Positions 28,834 through 38,324 are shown, counted from the first letter of the stretch. The stretch: DNA of 51,925 bases from Bacteroidales bacterium (GCA_030535995.1 JAUNQV010000002.1:1-51925); one strand, 5' to 3'. The notes: generated by a model from the sequence alone, not told the origin. Program-made: numbers and translations.

Positions 28834-28995
28834 ATGAAAAAGTATATCTGTACAGTTTGTCAGTGGGTGTATGATCCCGAAATAGGTGACCCGGAGCAGG
28901 GTATTGAACCAGGTGTTCCATTTGAGTCTTTGCCCGAAGATTGGGTATGTCCGTTATGTGGTGTAGGTAAAGAGGAGTTCGAGGTAACAGAGTGA
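28834..28995 (+). CDS. Rubredoxin
   Basis: This 53-aa ORF is below the track cutoff. It reads [53 protein letters not shown]. Both CxxC knuckles and the conserved YDP and W.CP.CG motifs are present. Confidence 0.9.
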   Translation: MKKYICTVCQWVYDPEIGDPEQGIEPGVPFESLPEDWVCPLCGVGKEEFEVTE

Positions 28996-29008
28996 GAACT
29001 TTCTCCAA

Positions 29009-29055
29009 GCATACAATAATAAAGACCGCCGAAGGCGGTCTTTATTATTGTATGC
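29009..29055. terminator. Bidirectional terminator formed by a 21-bp perfect palindrome
   Basis: The arms are gcatacaataataaagaccgc and gcggtctttattattgtatgc, separated by the loop cgaag. It lies between the convergent rubredoxin (+) and ygiQ (-) genes and overlaps the last codons of ygiQ. Confidence 0.7.
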
Positions 29056-30904
29056 CCAATTTCTTTATAAGGTCGTTGCGGTGGAGCTGCCGTAGAGTCT
29101 GAATAATCTGTTTGCGTTCTTCGGGTTTGTACCAGAAGAAGAATTTCCTCTGCGCCTCCTTCTCCTTCATTGAACGTGCTACATATATCTTCTCACCATT
29201 TTCCGGGTTTATGCCTGTGTAGTACATTTCAGTGGCCAATGTCATTGGTGTGGGGGTGAAATCCTGTACCTGCTCAAGATGGAAATTAAGCCGTTTGGTC
29301 TCTGCTGCAAGCTCGGCCATATTCTCAACAGTGCTTCCGGGGTGGCTGCTTATGAAATAGGGTATAATCTGCTGCTTCAGGTTATGTTTCTTGTTTATGC
29401 GGTCGAATATCTGCTTGAACTCGTGGAACTGCCTGAAAGGCGGTTTGCGCATCAGTTTCAAGACATTGTCACAGGTGTGTTCCGGAGCAACCTTCAGGCG
29501 GCCGCTCACATGGTTTACAATAAGCTCCTCGGTATATTGCTCTGTCGCGGTATCGCACTCCTTGTCGCCGGTCTTGTGCAGCAGCAGGTCGTATCTCACG
29601 CCGCTGCCTATGAAACTCTTCTTTATTGCCGGCAGGCTATCCACTTTCTTGTATAGTTGCAACAGTGGGCGGTGGTCTACATTCATGTTGGAGCATATAC
29701 GGGGCTGTATGCACGACTGGCGTGAGCATTTCTCGCATAATGAGCTCTCTTTTCCCTTCATCATGTACATGTTGGCCGACGGCCCTCCAAGGTCGGAAAG
29801 GTATCCCTTGAAATCCTCCATCTTTGAAATCGCGTCAATCTCGCGCAGAATGCTTGCTTCACTGCGGTTTACGATGAATTTGCCCTGGTGGGCAGAGATT
29901 GTGCAGAATGCACAGCCGCCGAAACAGCCACGGTGAATGTTTACCGAGTGTTTTATCATGTCGTATGCCGGAATGCGCTTGCCGTTGTACTTGGGGTGGG
30001 GCAGGCGGGTGTATGGCAGGTCGAAGCTGTGGTCGAGCTGTTCTGTGGTCATGGTGGGGAAGGGCGGGTTAATGACAACCATTTTTCCGTCGCACTCCTG
30101 AATGAGCCTTTTGGCCTTCATGCGGTTCGACTCTTTCTCTATCATCAGGAAATTGCCGGCCTGGCTCTCTTTGCTTTCAAGGCACTCTTTGTGTGGTGCA
30201 AGAACTTTGTCGCTGCTCCCGTCAATCTCTATTTCCCTTTTCTCTGCAACGTAGCCGGTCTGTCTTGTCTTCTTTGCAATCTCTATGGCCTGGGTTGCCG
30301 TTATATGCTCCTGGCCGCTGCTTTCGAGCAGCTCCATCATGCTGCGTGTAAGTGATGTTATGGGTTGCTCCCCCATGCCATACACAAGAACATCGGCCTT
30401 GCTTTCTACCAGGATGCTCTTTTTAAGGCAGTCCTGCCAGTAGTCGTAGTGGGTGAAGCGACGCATGGAGGCTTCTATGCCACCGATAACTACTGCCGAG
30501 TCGGGGTAGAGGCTCTTCAGTATATTCGAGTATACAGTGGTTGCATATTCGGGGCGCATGCTGTGCTTGCCGTTGGGTGAATATGCGTCCTCGCTCCTGA
30601 ACCTTTTGGCTGCAGTGTACTTGTTTACCATTGAATCCATGCAACCGGCCGAGATGCCGAAGAAGAGTCTGGGGCGGCCAAGCTTCTTGAAGTCACGGAG
30701 GTCATCTTGCCAGTTCGGCTGCGGAACTATTGCGACACGCAGCCCTTCTGCTTCAAGAAGGCGACCGATAACTGCTGCACCGAACGAGGGGTGGTCTACA
30801 TAGGCATCACCGCTGAATATTATCACATCCAGTTCATCCCAGCCACGCATTTCGGCCTCTTTGCGTGTTGTAGGCAACCAGTCGGTTATTCTTCTATTCT
30901 GCAT
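29045..30904 (-). CDS. ygiQ: YgiQ-family (UPF0313) radical SAM protein
   Basis: The protein is 619 aa. The N-terminus reads ..LPTTRKEAEMRGWDELDVIIFSGDAYVDHPSFG.AVIGR.LEA.G..VAI..QPNW. The radical SAM cluster motif is CFGGCAFC (CX3CX2C). Confidence 0.88.
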   Translation of the reverse strand: MQNRRITDWLPTTRKEAEMRGWDELDVIIFSGDAYVDHPSFGAAVIGRLLEAEGLRVAIVPQPNWQDDLRDFKKLGRPRLFFGISAGCMDSMVNKYTAAKRFRSEDAYSPNGKHSMRPEYATTVYSNILKSLYPDSAVVIGGIEASMRRFTHYDYWQDCLKKSILVESKADVLVYGMGEQPITSLTRSMMELLESSGQEHITATQAIEIAKKTRQTGYVAEKREIEIDGSSDKVLAPHKECLESKESQAGNFLMIEKESNRMKAKRLIQECDGKMVVINPPFPTMTTEQLDHSFDLPYTRLPHPKYNGKRIPAYDMIKHSVNIHRGCFGGCAFCTISAHQGKFIVNRSEASILREIDAISKMEDFKGYLSDLGGPSANMYMMKGKESSLCEKCSRQSCIQPRICSNMNVDHRPLLQLYKKVDSLPAIKKSFIGSGVRYDLLLHKTGDKECDTATEQYTEELIVNHVSGRLKVAPEHTCDNVLKLMRKPPFRQFHEFKQIFDRINKKHNLKQQIIPYFISSHPGSTVENMAELAAETKRLNFHLEQVQDFTPTPMTLATEMYYTGINPENGEKIYVARSMKEKEAQRKFFFWYKPEERKQIIQTLRQLHRNDLIKKLGIQ

Positions 30905-31220
30905 TGGTGTCGTCGGTTGTGGCTTTCATGCTCTCCTGCAGCAACCATTCGTTGTAGAGCTTCATGAGGTTGTTGAGTCCAATGGCCTTCATATCCTCGT
31001 GGTACAGTACAAGGCATAGCTCAAGCAACTCTTTCGATGCCATCTCCTGTGAAGCGATGAGTGAGCGCACAGTAAGGCGTAGCCTGTTGAGCGAGTCTTC
31101 ATCTACTTTGCCTGCGCTGTTGGCTATGCGGTCGAGCAGCGAATACTTCTTTATTATCTGTAGCTGGACTTCATTGACCTCAATGGTTCTGGTTCCCGAT
31201 GCGTTTGCGTTGAATTTCAT
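30894..31220 (-). CDS. Hypothetical protein, predicted to be helical
   Basis: This 108-aa ORF is co-directional with its neighbours, overlaps the ygiQ start by 11 nt and lies 50 nt after tsaE. I recognise no motif. Confidence 0.5.
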   Translation of the reverse strand: MKFNANASGTRTIEVNEVQLQIIKKYSLLDRIANSAGKVDEDSLNRLRLTVRSLIASQEMASKELLELCLVLYHEDMKAIGLNNLMKLYNEWLLQESMKATTDDTNAE

Positions 31221-31270
31221 AATATATTGCTGTTTATATTTGTCTCTATTCTGTTTTGCTATTGTTGCCG

Positions 31271-31702
31271 TTACTCTGCTGTAATAATCTTCACGGTACG
31301 TGTGGAGTCTTCGTTCTCCTCAATCTCTACCCTTATGCACTCCTCGGGCAACAGTTCCTCTACAAGCTCGGGCCACTCCATGAAGCAGTATGCGTTGCTG
31401 TAGAGGTACTCCTCGTACCCCATGTTATATACCTCGGCTATGGATTTTATGCGGTAGAAATCGAAATGGAATATTGTGTTGCCATCTCTGTCCTCATATT
31501 CATTTACAATGGCGAAGGTGGGTGAGTTTATAGTGTCTGTTACTCCCAACTCCTCGCAAATGCTTTTTATGAGTGTGGTCTTGCCCGAACCCATCTTGCC
31601 GTAAAAGGCAAAAAGCCTCCCCTTGTCCATGAATCTGATGAATTCGCGGGCTGCTGCCGGGTATTCTTCCAGGCTCTTTATTGTAATTGTATGTTCTTTC
31701 AT
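31271..31702 (-). CDS. tsaE: tRNA threonylcarbamoyladenosine (t6A) biosynthesis ATPase TsaE
   Basis: The protein is 143 aa. It has the P-loop GKMGSGKTTL, SPTFAIVNEY and HFDFYR, the usual TsaE/YjeE signatures. It overlaps the porX stop by 4 nt. Confidence 0.88.
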   Translation of the reverse strand: MKEHTITIKSLEEYPAAAREFIRFMDKGRLFAFYGKMGSGKTTLIKSICEELGVTDTINSPTFAIVNEYEDRDGNTIFHFDFYRIKSIAEVYNMGYEEYLYSNAYCFMEWPELVEELLPEECIRVEIEENEDSTRTVKIITAE

Positions 31703-33264
31703 CTTTCTTGTTTTCCTTTTGGTCGCATTTTAATGAATGGCACCAGCATCTCTTCAATGGATATTCCGCCATGTTGGAAGGTATCCTTGTAATACGATAC
31801 GTAGTAGTTGTAGTTATTGGGGTATGCGAAGAAACGGTTGCCTGTCGCAAATATATAGCTGGTGCTTAAATTCGGTGCCGGCAGGAATACCTTGGCCGGT
31901 TCTTTTATCTCAAAAACCTCCTTGCTGTTGTAGTTCAGGGCCTTGCCCAGCTTGTATCGGAGGTTGGTGTTTGTGTTCTTGTCTCCTATCACCTTGGTCG
32001 GGGTCTCAACCTGTATGCTGCCGTGGTCGGTGGTTATTATCACGGTGTAGTTGTTGTCGGCAAGGTAGTTGAAAAGCTTCTTTATTGCCGAGTGTCTTAT
32101 CCACGATAGTGTAATCGAACGGTATGCAGCCTCGTTGGCTGCAAGTTCGCGTACCATCATCGACTCGGTACGGGCATGCGAGAGCATGTCGATGAAGTTT
32201 ATCACAAGAATGTTTATATCGTTCCTTGAAAGGTTGTTTATGGTGTCGATATATTTCTCGGCTGCGGCCGATGTGAGTACCTTGCTGTACGAGAAACTGT
32301 CTTTGCGTCGGTAGCGGGCAATGAGGGTTTCTATAAGTGCCTCTTCGTTGAGGTTCTTGCCCTCCTCTTCCTCCTCATCGACCCACAGCTGTGGGAACAT
32401 CTCTTTTATGCGGCTAGGCATGAGCCCCGAGAATATTGCATTGCGTGCATATTGTGTGGCAGTTGGCAGAATTGTCGTGTAGAGCTCCTCTTCTATGGTA
32501 AAGCTGTTGCCAATCTCATCGGCCAGTACACGCCACTGGTCGTAACGGAAGTTGTCGATGATAATGAAGAAGACCTTCTCTCCTGCATCGACAAGCGGGA
32601 ATATGCGCTCCTTGAATAGGTCGACGCTCATCATGGGGCGCGCTTCGCGTCCGTTCTGCATCCACTGCATGTAGTTCTTTTTTATGAATTTGCCGAACAT
32701 GTTGTTTGCATCCTCTTTCTGTGTCTTCAACATCTCATGCATGTGTGTGTCGGCACTCTCAAGCTGCAGTTCCCAATATACGAGTCTCTTGTATACTTCA
32801 ATCCACTCTTCAATGGAATCGGCATCGCTTATCTGCATTGCAAGCTTTCCGATGTTCTGCAGGTAGGCACTATTGGCCTTCTCGGCTATTATATCCTTCT
32901 GGTGAATGTTCTTCTTCAGTGTAAGCAGTATCTGGTTGGGATTTACCGGTTTTATAAGGTAATCGGCAATCTTTGAGCCTATGGCCTGTTCCATAATATC
33001 CTCTTCTTCGCTCTTTGTTACCATTACCACCGGTGTCGAAGGCTGTATCTCTTTTATTACTGTAAGGGTCTCCAGGCCGGTGAGTCCCGGCATATTCTCA
33101 TCGAGTAGCACAAGGTCGAATGTCTCTTTCTTGCATGCTTCTATGGCATCGGGGCCGTTGGTAACCTTTGTCACTTCGTAGCCTTTGCTTTGCAGGAATA
33201 TTATATGTGCACCGAGGAGTTCTATCTCATCATCGGCCCATAGCAGTCGGTAGGTCATACTCAT
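31699..33264 (-). CDS. porX: PorX-type response regulator: receiver domain fused to a PglZ/alkaline-phosphatase-superfamily domain
   Basis: The protein is 521 aa. The CheY-like receiver reads LLWADDE....LVLLDENMPG..G......K. The PglZ-like domain follows (IIIDNFRYDQW, ...ITTDHGS). Its length and architecture match P. gingivalis PorX. Confidence 0.8.
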   Translation of the reverse strand: MSMTYRLLWADDEIELLGAHIIFLQSKGYEVTKVTNGPDAIEACKKETFDLVLLDENMPGLTGLETLTVIKEIQPSTPVVMVTKSEEEDIMEQAIGSKIADYLIKPVNPNQILLTLKKNIHQKDIIAEKANSAYLQNIGKLAMQISDADSIEEWIEVYKRLVYWELQLESADTHMHEMLKTQKEDANNMFGKFIKKNYMQWMQNGREARPMMSVDLFKERIFPLVDAGEKVFFIIIDNFRYDQWRVLADEIGNSFTIEEELYTTILPTATQYARNAIFSGLMPSRIKEMFPQLWVDEEEEEGKNLNEEALIETLIARYRRKDSFSYSKVLTSAAAEKYIDTINNLSRNDINILVINFIDMLSHARTESMMVRELAANEAAYRSITLSWIRHSAIKKLFNYLADNNYTVIITTDHGSIQVETPTKVIGDKNTNTNLRYKLGKALNYNSKEVFEIKEPAKVFLPAPNLSTSYIFATGNRFFAYPNNYNYYVSYYKDTFQHGGISIEEMLVPFIKMRPKGKQER

Positions 33265-33287
33265 TCTTTTTTCCGTTTACTGTTGTT

Positions 33288-36128
33288 CTATTCTCCGTCA
33301 CTCTCTTCTTCATCGTCGTTGTAGTCGGGTTCATCCAGGGTGTATCCGTCTATCTCGACCTCGGGTATCGCAAGGAATACTTTTTCGTAGAAACGGCGGT
33401 AATCTTCGAAACTGTAATATTGTAATAACAATTCGAGATTGCTTTTTGATATTATAAAGGCATTTATGCCTTCGAGAAGCCTTGCGGTCTCACCGTTCTC
33501 ATAAAGACGTTTGCGGTAGAGGTAGGCCTCGTCGAAATTCAGGAACTCTTTCACTTCGAAAAGGGTTACCTGTGGCAACCGTTCGAATGTGGTCTCGAAA
33601 CTGCGCACCATGTAGCGTGAGAAATTGTAGCGCGAAACCTCGAACAACAGCCTCTTTTCATCGACAGAGTCGTTGGGGAATGCAAGTACGAAGTAGTATG
33701 CACCGTTGCGGTCGGTGCTGAATTCGGGTATGCTGTCGCTCTCACTGCCAGCACCACCACCGGCTTTGCGCTCCCAGATTGATGTCGATATTCCGCTTTT
33801 GAGCAAGCGACCCTCTTTAATTCCTGTAGAGATGCTTTGGGCTATGCGGCTTATGCTGTCGGCCGAATATTTGCTTACCAGCTCCTCGAGGCTCTTCATG
33901 GCCTCCTCCTGCTTGTCGTTGTATAGCTTGGACATGGCATCGATAAAGAGGAAACGTGCACGGTGTTTGCCGTTGGGGTATTTGGTGGCAGCATAGAGGT
34001 TCTCCTCCTCTACAAGTCCATACTCCTTGTTCGTGTAGTGTGAGTATGCCTTTATGTATATCGAGTCTTCCTTGTGCTTGCGTGTAGCTGCATTGTCGAA
34101 GAAGTCGGGCTCCTGTATCAGCTTTGTATTTGTGCTATCGGGGTAGTTCTCTATCATCAATGCCTTGTAGTGCCCGGCCTTGTCGTTCTCTCCCCAGCGT
34201 GAACATGCAAGGAACAGTTGGAAATATACCTCTGCCATGCGCTCATATTCGGGGTAGTCGGTTGCCACCTGCTCCAGGTGGCGGAGTGTCAGTTTCTTGT
34301 CGTTGGCTTTGTCCTTGAATCTTATACCGGCCTCAAAGAGCGCATCGCGCAGGGCTGTATGGGATTTCTCCTTCTGTTCTTCGGTTACAGGTATCTGCTG
34401 AATGTAGTACTCTCTTGTTGTGGGGTCGGTCGACAGCGAATCGGTGTTTTCTGCTTCCGGTATGCCGGAGAGGCCGATGCTGTCGGCCGGAATGCTGTCC
34501 ATCTCAAGTGTGCTGTCGAGCATTGTGGTGTCGGAGGCAATAGTATCGGCTGTCATCAATGACGAAATCTCATGGCTGAATCTCCAGTAGTCCTTCAGTT
34601 CCCTGTCTCCCCACTTCTGTTTAAAGGATTTTATGCCCTGTGCAACAATCTGCGGGTTGTAGAAGTACCATTGTGCTTTCTCGTTGGGGTCGGTAATGGC
34701 CATTCCGGCAGCATTGCTTGCCTGGTCGAGTGCGCTTCCGCCACTCTCGCGCTTCATCTTCTTCTCCTCTTTCTCCATCAACTCCTGCTTGCGCTTCTCT
34801 TCTTCTATAAGGGCATCGATAATGGGGTATAGCTTGTCGCTTGGCAGTGTTGCCCAGTAGAGCAGTTCGCTCTGTTTCTCGACAATATCGGTATATTGCA
34901 CAATGTCGCCAAGGACCTCGCTACGGAACTTTATCTCTTTGTACCCCGGAGTCTCCTCGGTCAAGAGTGGCAATGCCTTGTCGTAGTTCTCCTTTGATTT
35001 CGAGAATTTGTTCTTCTCCCAATATATTCTCGCGAGCGAGAGGTGCAGCATGCCTGTGCCGTAGCCGCTTGTCGCTCCCTCGGCAACGCCGGTCTCGTAT
35101 GCTTTAATGGCTTCGGCCGTGTCTTTCTGGCTCATGTGAATATTGCCTATTGCATAATATATCTGCGAGAGATACTCCTTGTTCTTTGGCGATTTTGCCA
35201 TTCTGCGCAGTTTACGCAGAATTTTCTTGTGGTTCTCGTCCGACGCAGTCTCTGTCTGTCTTATGCGGGCATTGAACTCCAGCTCGTATGGCGGGCTTTG
35301 CGATATTACCTTGCCGAAACTCTTGTATGCGGCCTTGTTGTCGCCTGTCATTGCGTAGAGCTGCCCGAGCAGGTAGCACTCACGTGCCTTTTCGAGTGAT
35401 GATATCCCGTCGCGCCCGATACCTTCGGCAATGTAGCCTATGGCTTCGCTGTGCCTCTCCTGTTTCAGGAGCAGGTTGCCCATTGCCTGTGAGTAGTGCT
35501 TCTTGAGTTCCGGTGGTATGGTGTCGCGTTTTATGCGTTGCATCAAATCCTCGGCCTCATAGAGCCAATCCATTTCGGTGTAGCAAAGAGCCAGTCCTAT
35601 ACGTGCCTGTGCAACAATCTTCGGGTTATTCTCGTATAACCTTGATATGTATATATAGGTTCCGGCAGCTTCGGTGAATTCTCCCTTCCGGTATTGTGAG
35701 TTGGCCATAAGGAACCATGCTTGCCACAAGAATGGGTTAAACTCCTTCTGCGAGTAGAAGAGCTTCTGCTTGGGTGTCAGTCTCTTCCCTGCCGGGCGTT
35801 TGGGGCGGCGTTTTATTGAGTGTCCTTTTATCGCTTTCTGTGATTTTTCTATGGCGCGGTCGTAGCTGCTGCTCTCAATCTTCTGTGTGTTCTTGCTGCT
35901 GGTAACCATTAACGGCAACAGTTCGAGATAGTTGTCCTTATGTCCTGTTATCTGGGCATTGACAGCTTTGTCGTATGCCATCTTGCCGTTGTAGAATGTA
36001 TTGTAGCGTGCAGTAAAAGCATGATACATGCGTGTAGCCTGTGTGTTCTTCTTCCGGCTGGAGCAACTGCACAGGCAAATGGCAAGTAACAATGCTGTCA
36101 ATATGTATGTCGGGTATCTTCTTTTCAC
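33288..36128 (-). CDS. porW: TPR-repeat lipoprotein similar to PorW/SprE, a T9SS periplasmic lipoprotein
   Basis: The protein is 946 aa. The lipobox CLCSC is followed by basic residues (SSRKKN). The N-terminal motif MYHAFTARYNTFYNG is typical of SprE/PorW. Multiple TPR-like helices are present, and the C-terminal tail is acidic. The family assignment is from memory of its motifs, not from a search. Confidence 0.6.
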   Translation of the reverse strand: MKRRYPTYILTALLLAICLCSCSSRKKNTQATRMYHAFTARYNTFYNGKMAYDKAVNAQITGHKDNYLELLPLMVTSSKNTQKIESSSYDRAIEKSQKAIKGHSIKRRPKRPAGKRLTPKQKLFYSQKEFNPFLWQAWFLMANSQYRKGEFTEAAGTYIYISRLYENNPKIVAQARIGLALCYTEMDWLYEAEDLMQRIKRDTIPPELKKHYSQAMGNLLLKQERHSEAIGYIAEGIGRDGISSLEKARECYLLGQLYAMTGDNKAAYKSFGKVISQSPPYELEFNARIRQTETASDENHKKILRKLRRMAKSPKNKEYLSQIYYAIGNIHMSQKDTAEAIKAYETGVAEGATSGYGTGMLHLSLARIYWEKNKFSKSKENYDKALPLLTEETPGYKEIKFRSEVLGDIVQYTDIVEKQSELLYWATLPSDKLYPIIDALIEEEKRKQELMEKEEKKMKRESGGSALDQASNAAGMAITDPNEKAQWYFYNPQIVAQGIKSFKQKWGDRELKDYWRFSHEISSLMTADTIASDTTMLDSTLEMDSIPADSIGLSGIPEAENTDSLSTDPTTREYYIQQIPVTEEQKEKSHTALRDALFEAGIRFKDKANDKKLTLRHLEQVATDYPEYERMAEVYFQLFLACSRWGENDKAGHYKALMIENYPDSTNTKLIQEPDFFDNAATRKHKEDSIYIKAYSHYTNKEYGLVEEENLYAATKYPNGKHRARFLFIDAMSKLYNDKQEEAMKSLEELVSKYSADSISRIAQSISTGIKEGRLLKSGISTSIWERKAGGGAGSESDSIPEFSTDRNGAYYFVLAFPNDSVDEKRLLFEVSRYNFSRYMVRSFETTFERLPQVTLFEVKEFLNFDEAYLYRKRLYENGETARLLEGINAFIISKSNLELLLQYYSFEDYRRFYEKVFLAIPEVEIDGYTLDEPDYNDDEEESDGE

Positions 36129-36192
36129 GCGTCAGGTAGTTTCCGTATTCTATTTTAACTGAAAAAATGGCGTTTTATTGCCTTTGGAGATG

Positions 36193-36573
36193 TCATTGCA
36201 ATATCAGCAGTATCTCCTCCTTTACCTCCAAGGGGAGCTCTATCCCTCGTGTCTGCAGGCAGTGTACCCAAGTGTCTATTTCCTCCTCATTCATTGTGTA
36301 GAGTATCTGCTTGAACTCCTCGATGTCGCTGTCGGTATACTCCTCGGGGTTCACGCCTTTGAAACGGTCGAGTTCTTCATCGTCGAAATAGAGGTTGCTG
36401 TTGTCGTACCCTTTTGCACAGTTGGTGTGTTTGCCGCAGCACACGCCATCGTCGCTGCTGTGGTCGTGATGCTCTTCTGTGGCAACACTCCTGTTACGGT
36501 AGAGCCTGTTCAGTATAAAAAAGCCGATGGCAATGAACGCGAGTATGATTGAGATGAAAATGGTTCCTTCCAT
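36193..36573 (-). CDS. Small N-terminally anchored membrane protein with a His/Cys cluster
   Basis: The protein is 126 aa. One TM helix (GTIFISIILAFIAIGFFIL) is followed by EEHHDHSSDDGVCCGKHTNC and then an acidic helical C-terminus. Confidence 0.55.
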   Translation of the reverse strand: MEGTIFISIILAFIAIGFFILNRLYRNRSVATEEHHDHSSDDGVCCGKHTNCAKGYDNSNLYFDDEELDRFKGVNPEEYTDSDIEEFKQILYTMNEEEIDTWVHCLQTRGIELPLEVKEEILLILQ

Positions 36574-36902
36574 AAATGTTGTCTTTTGTGTAATGTTACA
36601 AAGTTATGCATTTTAATCGAGCTTTTATTTTAATATATAATAAATTTTATTTTTAAGTATTCTTTCATGTTTTTATTATGGAGTTCTGCTTTTGACAAAA
36701 TGCCAGAATTTGTCGGGTGAAACATAATGTTGTATTTTTTCCATTTATTTCTTTTTTCTGATTAAAAAATAGCATTTTGTATGGCAGAATATAAATATTT
36801 GTCTTATCTTCGCTCGGCTTCGTTTTTATAGGTTGAAAAAACGATGGTAACAAAATGACAACGATATATAATGTTTTTTTAATAATTTAATAAAGAGATA
36901 AT

Positions 36903-37487
36903 ATGGATAAATTCTGCTATGGCCTTGGAATGGGAATAGGCCAGAACCTGCTTTCTATGGGTATTAAAGAGATGAATTTGGAGGATTTTGTAAAAGGTAT
37001 CGAGGATGTGCTTGCCGGCGGAAAGACCGAAATGTCGCACTCCGAGGCCCAGAAAGTTGTGAATGAGCACTTCCAGAAACTTGCTCAGGAGGCCTATGCG
37101 CAGAACAAGGCAAGCGGTGAGGCTTTCCTCGCGCAGAATGCAAAGAAGGAGGGCGTGGTTACACTGCCCAGCGGCTTGCAGTATGAGGTGTTGACAGAGG
37201 GTACAGGTAAAAAGCCTTCGGCAACCGACAAGGTGCAGTGCCATTATGAGGGTACACTCATTGATGGAACGGTATTCGACAGTTCAATCAAGCGCGGAGA
37301 GCCTGCTGTGTTCGGTGTAAACCAGGTTATCAAAGGTTGGGTCGAGGCTTTGCAGCTTATGCAGGAGGGCGCAAAATGGCGCTTGTATATACCATATAAT
37401 ATGGCCTATGGCGAGCATGGCGCGGGTGAGATGATACCACCTTTCAGTGCTCTTGTCTTTGATGTCGAACTAATTAAAGTGCTATAA
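36903..37487 (+). CDS. FKBP-type peptidyl-prolyl cis-trans isomerase (FklB/Mip-like, no signal peptide)
   Basis: The protein is 194 aa. An N-terminal helical dimerisation-like region is followed by an FKBP core (LPSGLQYEVL.EG.G..P...D.V.CHYEGTLIDGTVFDSS..RGEP..F.VNQVI.GW.EALQLM..G.KW.LYIP...AYG). Confidence 0.88.
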   Translation: MDKFCYGLGMGIGQNLLSMGIKEMNLEDFVKGIEDVLAGGKTEMSHSEAQKVVNEHFQKLAQEAYAQNKASGEAFLAQNAKKEGVVTLPSGLQYEVLTEGTGKKPSATDKVQCHYEGTLIDGTVFDSSIKRGEPAVFGVNQVIKGWVEALQLMQEGAKWRLYIPYNMAYGEHGAGEMIPPFSALVFDVELIKVL

Positions 37488-37493
37488 TAGAGC

Positions 37494-38324
37494 ATGAAGA
37501 AGACCGCATTGTTTTTAGTGCTTGTTGCGCTTGTGGTGTGGGCGTTCTACCCATCGGGCACAAGTGTCGGTGACAGGAAGGTCGAGCTGAAAAACGGCAG
37601 CGATTCAATCTCCTTTGCCGTGGCTATGCTTGTGGCACAGGATATGCCATACGCAATATCGGAATTCGGTGTCGATTCTTCAACCATCGATGATTTTGTC
37701 AAGGGTATATGCGATGCTTTCCCTGTAGATGAGAGCCCCGAGGCTATGGCCTATGCACACGGAGTCCAGGTAGCGGCATCGGCCATGGAGATGCTTGCCC
37801 GTGCCGACGAGGCTATATATCCGGGCGACACCGCGAAAAGGGTCGACCGCAAGATGTTCCTCGAAGGGCTTGTTGCCACAGCCTACAATAGTGGTAAGAC
37901 AATGACAACCCCTCAGGCCATTGAGTATTACAACGACAGGGTCTTCCGCTCGGTGAGCGAAGATTTTATAAAGAAGAACAAGGAACGTCCGGGAGTGGTG
38001 TCGTTACCCAGTGGCCTGCAGTATAAGATTGAGGTAATGGGCACGGGCGAAACAGCCGGGTATAACAGCACTGTAAGCTGTATATACAAGCAGAGCTACC
38101 CCAATGGCGCATTGCTTTCCTCTTCGCGCGGCGTGCCTGTTGACCTTGTGGTGAATGAGCAGTTGCCGGGATTGGCCGAGGCGCTTATGCTGCTTCCTGC
38201 CGGAACAAAATGCAAACTCTATCTTCCATGGCAGCTGGGCTATGGCGAGGATGTACCGCAGCGTGTGGCTCCGTACAGCGCACTTGTCTACGACCTTGAG
38301 ATTGTGGCAATTGTAAAGAAATAG
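37494..38324 (+). CDS. Exported FKBP-family PPIase paralogue with a divergent FKBP core
   Basis: The protein is 276 aa. It has a signal peptide MKKTALFLVLVALVVWAF. The C-terminus LPSGLQYKIEV.G.G......V.C.Y....PNG.LLSSS...P......NEQLPGLAEALMLLPAGTKCKLYLPWQLGYGE parallels the upstream FKBP. Confidence 0.75.
   Translation: MKKTALFLVLVALVVWAFYPSGTSVGDRKVELKNGSDSISFAVAMLVAQDMPYAISEFGVDSSTIDDFVKGICDAFPVDESPEAMAYAHGVQVAASAMEMLARADEAIYPGDTAKRVDRKMFLEGLVATAYNSGKTMTTPQAIEYYNDRVFRSVSEDFIKKNKERPGVVSLPSGLQYKIEVMGTGETAGYNSTVSCIYKQSYPNGALLSSSRGVPVDLVVNEQLPGLAEALMLLPAGTKCKLYLPWQLGYGEDVPQRVAPYSALVYDLEIVAIVKK

Noticed and set aside
31699-33264. The PglZ domain as a possible BREX-type phage defence component.
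   Set aside because: The PglZ domain is fused to a CheY-like receiver, which is the PorX architecture. No BREX partners (PglX methyltransferase, BrxC, BrxL and others) are nearby, and the context is T9SS and housekeeping genes.
36665-36853. A 62-aa minus-strand ORF in the AT-rich gap upstream of the FKBP genes.
   Set aside because: It lies in a very AT-rich, promoter-like region, its Lys/Asn/Ile/Phe-rich translation reflects base composition, and it has no motif.
37494-38324. The second FKBP paralogue as a catalytically dead pseudo-PPIase.
   Set aside because: The core looks divergent: there is no ..DG..FDSS.. motif and the sequence reads PNGALLSSS instead. I cannot judge the active-site residues reliably without an alignment, so I report it only as a divergent paralogue.
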